A DNA stretch of 64,000 nt from Bacilli bacterium (GTDB lineage: Bacteria > Bacillota_I > Bacilli_A > RF39 > UBA660), in assembly GCA_051872635.1 (NCBI GenBank), contig JBJEEA010000004.1, forward strand, positions 12,739-76,738, in the 5' to 3' direction. Shown here piece after piece: positions 57,502-64,000 of the stretch. The notes under the pieces are model-generated. The model was not told where the DNA came from. It saw nothing but the letters and a program-made list of their open reading frames with translations, and did not search any database. A program made the position numbers and the translations under genes. Numbering within the stretch: the stretch's first letter is position 1; each line of letters opens with the position of its first letter.

Positions 57502-58562
57502 AATACTTTTTTCTTTTTAATTTCTTTTTCAACTAAATCTTCTCTAAATATATTTATGTTTTTTAATATTTTATTTAATGATTCTTGATCTAATTTTATA
57601 TCTATTATTTTTAGAGCATCCTCAAGTGATATGTCTTTCATTATTTCTTTATTTAATTTTTTTATTTTTTCCAAGAAACTAGGATCTTTCTTATATTCTA
57701 TATAATTGTATATAGACATTAGTCCTATTCCATAAAATAACACTGTAAAAATAATATCTTTATTGTTGTTTATTTTTGTATTGAATTTTTTTAGGAGGTC
57801 ATCATAATCTTTATCTTCTTTATATAAAAATTTATAGTTTTCTTTTGATACTTCTCCAAGTAAAAAGTACAACAGTGCTATTTTTACTATATAGTAACCT
57901 TTTTTGATAAAACTATGAAGATTTTTATATTCTTCTATTTTAAACATCTTTGCTTCTTTAGCATAGCCTATTTGTTCTAAATAATCTGCATAAATAAATT
58001 CTTCAGTAAAGGATAATAATTCGGTTAAAATATCGTTTACGCCATCTCTTTTTTCTGGAGGTTGATTTTTATAATGGGATATTTCATGAACCCATATTAT
58101 TGAATCTGTTATTAGAGTATTATTGTAGACATTTATGGTCTTGTGAATTCCTTCGTATATGATTATCTTCTCTTTTGTTTTAGGGTCTTCAAAGTACTCT
58201 GTTATTACATAATAGTTATTATTTCCTGTGTATAGTTCATAATTAGATGCTTCTTTGGGATTATTGGTTCTTATTATATTAAATGTTCCATCTTTAATTA
58301 TTTCATTAAATTTAAAATCAATACCTATATTTTTATAGAAGTCATCTATTATTTTTTCTACTTCAACAATACTTGTTCTTTGACCTTGTCTTAAATTTTG
58401 CTCCTCAACATCTAGTTCTTGCATATTATAGTATAGAAAAGCTATTAAATTATATATATTTTGCATATTATCAAATAGTAATATATTGTCATTATAATTT
58501 TCATCATAGAATTCCTTTAAAAATGAATTTACTGAATGTTCATTATTAATTATTTCATCCAT
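57495..58562 (-). CDS. Hypothetical protein with HEXXH (zincin-like) motif
   Basis: IWVHEISHYKNQ...LTELLSFTEE. Confidence 0.7.
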   Translation of the reverse strand: MDEIINNEHSVNSFLKEFYDENYNDNILLFDNMQNIYNLIAFLYYNMQELDVEEQNLRQGQRTSIVEVEKIIDDFYKNIGIDFKFNEIIKDGTFNIIRTNNPKEASNYELYTGNNNYYVITEYFEDPKTKEKIIIYEGIHKTINVYNNTLITDSIIWVHEISHYKNQPPEKRDGVNDILTELLSFTEEFIYADYLEQIGYAKEAKMFKIEEYKNLHSFIKKGYYIVKIALLYFLLGEVSKENYKFLYKEDKDYDDLLKKFNTKINNNKDIIFTVLFYGIGLMSIYNYIEYKKDPSFLEKIKKLNKEIMKDISLEDALKIIDIKLDQESLNKILKNINIFREDLVEKEIKKKKVLN

Positions 58563-58612
58563 ATAATTCTCCTTGCGCTATATTATAGCAGAATATTTTG
58601 AAAAAACAAGTT

Positions 58613-59223
58613 TTATTTCATTTCTACCTCTTTTTCTTTTATATATTCATAGTTTAAATAATTATCTTTGGTTACTACTGACTCTCCTAGATTTTTTTCG
58701 ATGTCTTCTCTAGCTACTTTGGCAACATGACCACCCATTCTAGCTGCTTTTTTATTTTGACTTAATCCTTGGGGTCTATGTTTTTTAGAAATCCATTCTT
58801 CATCATAGTCTTTTGCTCTATAAGTATCAATCGCTCTTTGTACTGTTAATGATGGGTCAAATGCTTTATCTATTCTTTGACTACCTAATTTTGCTAACCA
58901 CTGTTTAATAGGCCAGCATTCTTACTAGGTATTGACTCTATAATTCTAAGCATTCCTTCAATATCAACAACATCAGTCATACGATATTTTCCATCTTTGG
59001 CTTTTAGTTTCAACTGGTCACAATTTGTGACCGTTTCATTTACTTCTTTTTTTAGTCTTGATTTTAAAGCGTTCCAATAGTGTCTTGGATCTTTGCTTTC
59101 AGTTAAAATTTTAACTACATCTACTACACTAATATAGTACTTTTCACTTTCTTTGTCCTATATTGTTCTAATTGTTTCGTTATTGAATATTTTCCTTATT
59201 AAATGCATTTTATTTTCTTCCAT
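58613..59223 (-). pseudogene. Decayed Bro-N domain protein
   Basis: Manual: FNNETIRTI*DKESEKYYISVVDVV..LTES..PRHYWNALK..L...QLKLKAKDGKYRMTD...RIIESIPSKNA/fs/IKQWLA...GGHVAKVAREDIEKNLG. One nonsense codon, one frameshift and an apparent internal deletion. Confidence 0.8.
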
Positions 59224-59318
59224 AATCTATACCCTCATTGCTTCCATTTCAATATACTATACATGTATTTCAATGTCAGTCTCATATATTTATTTGCTTA
59301 CTTTATAAACAAAACAAC

Positions 59319-59405
59319 TTAATTTTAAAGACAATCTGGGCTTTAAAATTATTTTTTGAAGACTACAGGCTTCAAAAAACCTCATTAAACTTTAGGTTAA
59401 TGAGG
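59319..59405 (+). repeat. Cluster of three hairpins with AC...GG apex
   Basis: TTTTAAAG-ACAATCTGGG-CTTTAAAA; TTTTTTGAAG-ACTACAGG-CTTCAAAAAA; CCTCATTAA-ACTTTAGG-TTAATGAGG. Confidence 0.85.
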
Positions 59406-59412
59406 CATATAA

Positions 59413-62235
59413 TTATTTATTATTTTTTAATATATCTTTTAAAAACTGTCCAGTATAAGATTCTTTTACTTCGGATACTTCTTCAGGTGTCCCTGTAGCT
59501 ACGACAGTACCACCACCTGAACCTCCTTCTGGTCCTAAGTCAATTATATAGTCCGCTACTTTGATAACATCTAAATTATGTTCAATGATAATAACAGTAT
59601 CTCCATTATCGACTATTCTTTCTAGAATAACTAATAGTTTTTTGATATCATCTTGATGAAGACCAGTAGTAGGTTCATCTAAAATGAATACTGTTTTACC
59701 AGTAGGTTTCTTTTGAAGTTCTTTAGCTAATTTTACTCTAGCAGCTTCACCACCAGACAGTGTTGGAGCAGGCTGACCTAGTTTGACATAACCAAGTCCA
59801 ACATCATGTAATACTTGTAATTTATTTAAGACTTTAGGATGATTAGCAAAGAAGTCCATTGCTTCATCGACTCTTAAATTTAAAACATCATAAATACTTT
59901 TATCTTTATATTTTATCTCAAGTGTCTCTCTATTATATCTTGTACCACCACATACTTCACATGGAACATAAACATCTGGTAAGAAGTGCATTTCTATTTT
60001 CTTAACGCCATCTCCCCAACATGCTTCACATCTTCCACCCTTGACATTGAAGCTAAATCTTCCTTTATCATAACCTCTAATTTTAGCCTCTTTAGTTTCG
60101 GCAAAAATATCTCTAATATCATCAAAGACACCAGTATAAGTTGCTGGATTACTTCTCGGTGTTCTACCAATTGGACTTTGAGTTATTTGAACGACTTTAT
60201 CGACATTCTCAAGGCCTTTTATTTCTTTATGTTTACCAGGTTTTAATTTAGAACCATAGACATTAACGGCGAGAGCTTTGTATAATATTTCATTTATAAG
60301 AGTAGACTTACCAGATCCTGATACACCTGTTACTAAAGTCATTGTTCCAAGAGGCAATCTTACATTTATGTTTTTTAAGTTATTTTCTTTAGCCCCTTTA
60401 ATTTCTAAATATTTTTTATTTCCCTTTCTTCTTTTTGATGGAATTTCTATTTTTTCAGTACCTTTTAAATATTTTCCAGTTATACTGTTTTCGTTATTCA
60501 TAACTTCCTCGGGAGTGCCTTTAGCAACGACATAACCACCATTTTCTCCTGCTCCTGGTCCAATATCTATAAGGTAATCGGCTGCTAGCATAGTATCAGT
60601 ATCATGTTCTACGACGATTAATGAATTTCCTAGGTCACGCATTTCAAGTAATGAATTTATTAATTTTTGATTATCTCTTTGATGAAGACCAATACTAGGT
60701 TCATCTAGAACATAGAGGACACCTGTTAATCTTGAACCTATTTGCGTAGCAAGTCTTATTCTTTGACTTTCTCCACCAGACAATGTTCCTGCCTCTCTAG
60801 AAAGGGTCAAATAGCCTAATCCAACATTACTTAAAAAGTTTAAGCGTGATAATATTTCCTTAACAATCGTACTAGATATTTCTTCTTTTTCTTTACTTAG
60901 TTTTAACTTAGATATAAATTCTTTTAGTTCTTCAATGGACATACATGTTACTTCATAAATGTTTTTCTTATTTACTAATACATTTAGAACAGATGATTTT
61001 AATCTTGAACCATGACAAGTTGGACACTCTAATTCAGTCATGTATCCTTCTATCCATTCTCTTATCCAAGTACTCTTTGTTTCAACATAACGTCTTTCTA
61101 AGTTAGTTATTATACCTTCATAGTAATTAGTAGCTTTTCTGGTATTACCATTTTTTGATTCATAGTTAAAAGTTATTTGATCTTTAGAACCATATAGAAT
61201 AATATCTAATTCTTCTTTAGTCAAATCTTTTACTTTTTTAGTTAAATCGATATTGTAATATTTGGCAACAGAAGTTAGTTCAGTATAAGTAATACTTGAC
61301 TCTTCATCAATATTTATTACTTTGATAGCACCATCTAAAATGGATTTGTTTTTATCAGGTATGACTAGATCAATATCGATTTTATATTTTACACCAAGTC
61401 CTTTACAATCTTCACAAGAACCATATGGAGCATTAAATGAGAAGATACGTGGTTCTAATTCTTCAAGAGAATAATCACAATAAGGGCAAGCATAATCTTC
61501 CGACATTAAAATAGCCTCTCCACCAATGACATCTATTACTACTTTGCCATGACCTAAGCTAGTAGCGGTTTCTATCGATGAATATAGTCTACTTCTTATA
61601 CCTTCTTTTATAACTAGTCTATCTATTACTACTTCAATATTGTGTTTCTTATTTTTTTCTAATTCTAGCTCTTCAGATAAGTCTTTTAATTCACCATCGA
61701 CCTTTACTCTTATGTAACCTTCTTTGCGAAGCTTTTCAAAAAGATCTTTCTGCGTTCCTTTCTCTCCTCTTACTACGGGAGAAGTAACCATTATTTTGGT
61801 ATTTGCTTCTAACTCAAGAACTCTATTTACCATTTCTTCAATTGACTGAGATGTTATGGGTATATTGTGATTAGGGCAATAAGGAGTTCCAACCCTAGCA
61901 AAGAGAAGTCTTAAATAATCATATATTTCGGTTACTGTTCCTACAGTACTACGCGGATTTTTATTAGTAGTCTTTTGATCTATTGATATACTAGGAGATA
62001 AGCCCTCTATTGAATCAACATCAGGTTTATTTGAGTTATCTAAAAACTGCCTAGCATAAGCTGATAAACTCTCTACATATCTTCTTTGGCCTTCAGCATA
62101 TATGGTATCAAAAGCTAGTGATGATTTACCACTACCAGAAACACCTGTCATTACAACTAATTTATTCTTAGGTATTTCAATATTAATATTTTTTAAATTA
62201 TTTTCTCTAGCTCCTCTTATTATTATTTTATCCAT
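59413..62235 (-). CDS. uvrA: Excinuclease ABC subunit A
   Basis: GARENNLKNI, GVSGSGKSSLAF, EGQRRYVESLS, LSGGESQRIRLA and FSFNVKGGRCEAC. Confidence 0.99.
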   Translation of the reverse strand: MDKIIIRGARENNLKNINIEIPKNKLVVMTGVSGSGKSSLAFDTIYAEGQRRYVESLSAYARQFLDNSNKPDVDSIEGLSPSISIDQKTTNKNPRSTVGTVTEIYDYLRLLFARVGTPYCPNHNIPITSQSIEEMVNRVLELEANTKIMVTSPVVRGEKGTQKDLFEKLRKEGYIRVKVDGELKDLSEELELEKNKKHNIEVVIDRLVIKEGIRSRLYSSIETATSLGHGKVVIDVIGGEAILMSEDYACPYCDYSLEELEPRIFSFNAPYGSCEDCKGLGVKYKIDIDLVIPDKNKSILDGAIKVINIDEESSITYTELTSVAKYYNIDLTKKVKDLTKEELDIILYGSKDQITFNYESKNGNTRKATNYYEGIITNLERRYVETKSTWIREWIEGYMTELECPTCHGSRLKSSVLNVLVNKKNIYEVTCMSIEELKEFISKLKLSKEKEEISSTIVKEILSRLNFLSNVGLGYLTLSREAGTLSGGESQRIRLATQIGSRLTGVLYVLDEPSIGLHQRDNQKLINSLLEMRDLGNSLIVVEHDTDTMLAADYLIDIGPGAGENGGYVVAKGTPEEVMNNENSITGKYLKGTEKIEIPSKRRKGNKKYLEIKGAKENNLKNINVRLPLGTMTLVTGVSGSGKSTLINEILYKALAVNVYGSKLKPGKHKEIKGLENVDKVVQITQSPIGRTPRSNPATYTGVFDDIRDIFAETKEAKIRGYDKGRFSFNVKGGRCEACWGDGVKKIEMHFLPDVYVPCEVCGGTRYNRETLEIKYKDKSIYDVLNLRVDEAMDFFANHPKVLNKLQVLHDVGLGYVKLGQPAPTLSGGEAARVKLAKELQKKPTGKTVFILDEPTTGLHQDDIKKLLVILERIVDNGDTVIIIEHNLDVIKVADYIIDLGPEGGSGGGTVVATGTPEEVSEVKESYTGQFLKDILKNNK

Positions 62236-62340
62236 TTATATCACCTTCGTTTTTTCTTTGGTTATTATAACATAAACTTACTATTTTTATACGTTAAATT
62301 ATAGTTTATTTGCCACTACTAACAAGTGGAAACTAATATG

Positions 62341-62393
62341 ATTATATATCATCAAAGGGGAAATGTCAATATTATTTTAGTACATATGTTTGC
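62341..62393 (-). promoter_or_regulatory. Consensus sigma-A promoter of uvrA with a degenerate LexA(DinR)-like box
   Basis: TTGACA-N17-TATAAT (62341-62369); CAAAC-ATAT-GTACT (62380-62393) versus the Firmicute consensus CGAAC-N4-GTTCG. Confidence 0.55.
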
Positions 62394-62419
62394 TTTTTAG
62401 CTTATATAAAAAATGCTAA

Positions 62420-62854
62420 TTATAGCATTTCTTGATTATTATACATACTTCCTGGTGCTACTACTTTGGCATCAGGGAAATTATTTTTAGGTGGTCCTAA
62501 GACTTTTTTCTTTGTTAAAGTTTCTTCTTCTACTCTATTTTTAATTGGTTGATCTACTACATTAGGATTATTTTTTCTATTTAATACATCTTCTGCTACT
62601 TTTGAAATATCTTCTGGGTCATATATTCTAGTTTTAGCTAGAGAAGCATAAATATCATTATTAGGAGATGCCTCTGTTGGCTCTGATATAGGCTCTATTG
62701 AACTATCAATATCTGGAATATCAGCATTGGGAAAATAGCTTTTAATAGCTTCAATAATACCCGCTAAACCTTTATTATTTACTATTGTCTGAATTAATGA
62801 AAGTCTTTGTTCTGCTGTTAATTCTATATTTAAATTTTTTTCTTTTTCATTCAT
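62420..62854 (-). CDS. Hypothetical protein
   Basis: 144-aa ORF with AGGAGG RBS. Confidence 0.65.
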   Translation of the reverse strand: MNEKEKNLNIELTAEQRLSLIQTIVNNKGLAGIIEAIKSYFPNADIPDIDSSIEPISEPTEASPNNDIYASLAKTRIYDPEDISKVAEDVLNRKNNPNVVDQPIKNRVEEETLTKKKVLGPPKNNFPDAKVVAPGSMYNNQEML

Positions 62855-62926
62855 AAGTACTTCCTCCTAACAAGTTTAGTATAAAATAAAATTTTTAAAA
62901 TGTAAATAATTTTAGACAATTATCAT

Positions 62927-63493
62927 CTAATTTGACATTATATTGGATACTTTATTTTGAATTCTCTTAATAATATTATAGACGGTTTTTAAATTATTAT
63001 CAGTTATTTCAGATATTTCTCTACTAGTGTAGTTTTGTTCTTTTAAAGTAAATACTAACTCTTCTTTCCAAGTTAATTTATCTATAATTTTCTTTCTTAA
63101 AGTATGATAATCATAATCCATAAATAATAATTCTTCAGGATTATATTTCTTATCTTTAAATACCACTGTCATATCATTTTTTTCATCATTAATTGAAATG
63201 GCTTCGTTTAATAGTTTATTTTTATTCCTACTTAATGACTTTCTATAATTTAACAAAGCATTATCTAGGCATTTGTTTAGATATGTAGAAAAGGAAGTAC
63301 TATCTTTATAGTTTTGGATGGCTTCATATAATGATAGTTTAGCTTCATTTAGATAATCTTCTAAAGTTAAATCTGAACTACTATATTTAAATGCTTTCAT
63401 ATATAATAGTTTTTGATATTTACTATATAAGATATCTATAGCTTCTTCGTTATTTTCTTTTGCTAAATACAATAGTTCATAGTCATTATACAT
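62927..63493 (-). CDS. sigH: RNA polymerase sigma-H-like factor
   Basis: MYNDYELLYLAKENNEEAI..., FSTYLNKC, and a region 4 HTH; directly downstream of rlmB as in the Firmicute rlmB-(yacP)-sigH locus. Confidence 0.78.
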   Translation of the reverse strand: MYNDYELLYLAKENNEEAIDILYSKYQKLLYMKAFKYSSSDLTLEDYLNEAKLSLYEAIQNYKDSTSFSTYLNKCLDNALLNYRKSLSRNKNKLLNEAISINDEKNDMTVVFKDKKYNPEELLFMDYDYHTLRKKIIDKLTWKEELVFTLKEQNYTSREISEITDNNLKTVYNIIKRIQNKVSNIMSN

Positions 63494-63494
63494 T

Positions 63495-64000
63495 TTAATT
63501 CCCCCTTGATCTTACTATTTCCGATAAAAATATACCACAGGCAACGGAAGCGTTTAAACTATTTACAGTACCTTTCATTGGTATTTTAGCTAAATAATCA
63601 CAGTTCTCACTTACTAGTCTACTTATGCCTTTACCTTCGTTACCAATGACAATAGCTATTTTGGTCTTATAATCTATTTGGGTATAGTTGGTTCCTTCCA
63701 TATCTGTTCCAACAATCCAATAGCCATATTCTTTTAATTTTTTTATAGTATTATTTAAATTAGTTACTTTTATTATTTTCATTTTGTCTATAGTTCCTAC
63801 TGAAACTTTGACTACAGTACTAGTTATGTCTACTGATCTATCACTTGGAATGATAATAGCATCGACGCCAAAAGCTTCACTACTTCTTATGATAGCTCCA
63901 AAATTATGTGGGTCTTCTAAATGGTCTAATATTACTATTAGAGGCATTTCTTTAGTGATATATGGAATTACTTCGTCAAAAGTATAAGTTTTTATATTTT
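63495..64000 (-). CDS. rlmB: 23S rRNA (G2251-2'-O)-methyltransferase, 5' end outside window
   Basis: LDHLEDPHNFGAIIRS, VIGNEGKG and IPMKGTVNSLNASVA SPOUT motifs; the frame stays open upstream to the window edge. Confidence 0.93.
   Translation of the reverse strand, partial: NIKTYTFDEVIPYITKEMPLIVILDHLEDPHNFGAIIRSSEAFGVDAIIIPSDRSVDITSTVVKVSVGTIDKMKIIKVTNLNNTIKKLKEYGYWIVGTDMEGTNYTQIDYKTKIAIVIGNEGKGISRLVSENCDYLAKIPMKGTVNSLNASVACGIFLSEIVRSRGN

Noticed and set aside
22841-59405. Hairpin clusters as CRISPR arrays or integron attC sites
   Set aside because: There are no regularly spaced unique spacers and no cas genes. There are no RYYYAAC/GTTRRRY ends and no tyrosine integron integrase.
314-63987. 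Numerous 60-125-aa ORFs antisense to or nested in long genes (e.g. 314-511, 2427-2645, 16414-16776, 29363-29686, 48127-48501, 59238-59498)
   Set aside because: Shadow ORFs opposite well-supported genes, with no RBS or family motifs. They are expected in AT-rich DNA.

Overview
Very AT-rich chromosomal window from a sporulation-gene-bearing low-GC Firmicute. The gene set and composition resemble gut Bacilli of the RF39 type; this taxonomy is inference only. The backbone is housekeeping: ung, sigG-ylmC, rluD-lspA, gpsA, miaA, mutL, truB-nrnA-rbfA, infB-ylxR-nusA-rimP, rnj, a P-type ATPase, uvrA, sigH and rlmB. Orphans, pseudogenes and accessory genes are scattered through it. The main finding is a 12,472-bp serine-recombinase element bounded by an exact 16-bp repeat (28221-28236 and 40693-40708). 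It sits inside an Amidase_3 + 5xLysM cell-wall hydrolase gene. Excising it in silico restores one uninterrupted 455-aa ORF behind a sigma-K-like promoter, as for a skin-like, excision-gated gene. The element carries defence-type cargo: a nuclease-STAND ATPase with a metallophosphoesterase, a C5 methylase with an HNH nuclease, and an ApeA-like HEPN protein. Other notable items are a DUF3800 gene with a convergent structured ncRNA, a modular intergenic hairpin family with a conserved AC-YNNA-GG apex, and an ABC-F gene with a leader-peptide attenuator. No rRNA, tRNA or CRISPR array was seen. All family assignments come from motif recognition by eye, not database searches.
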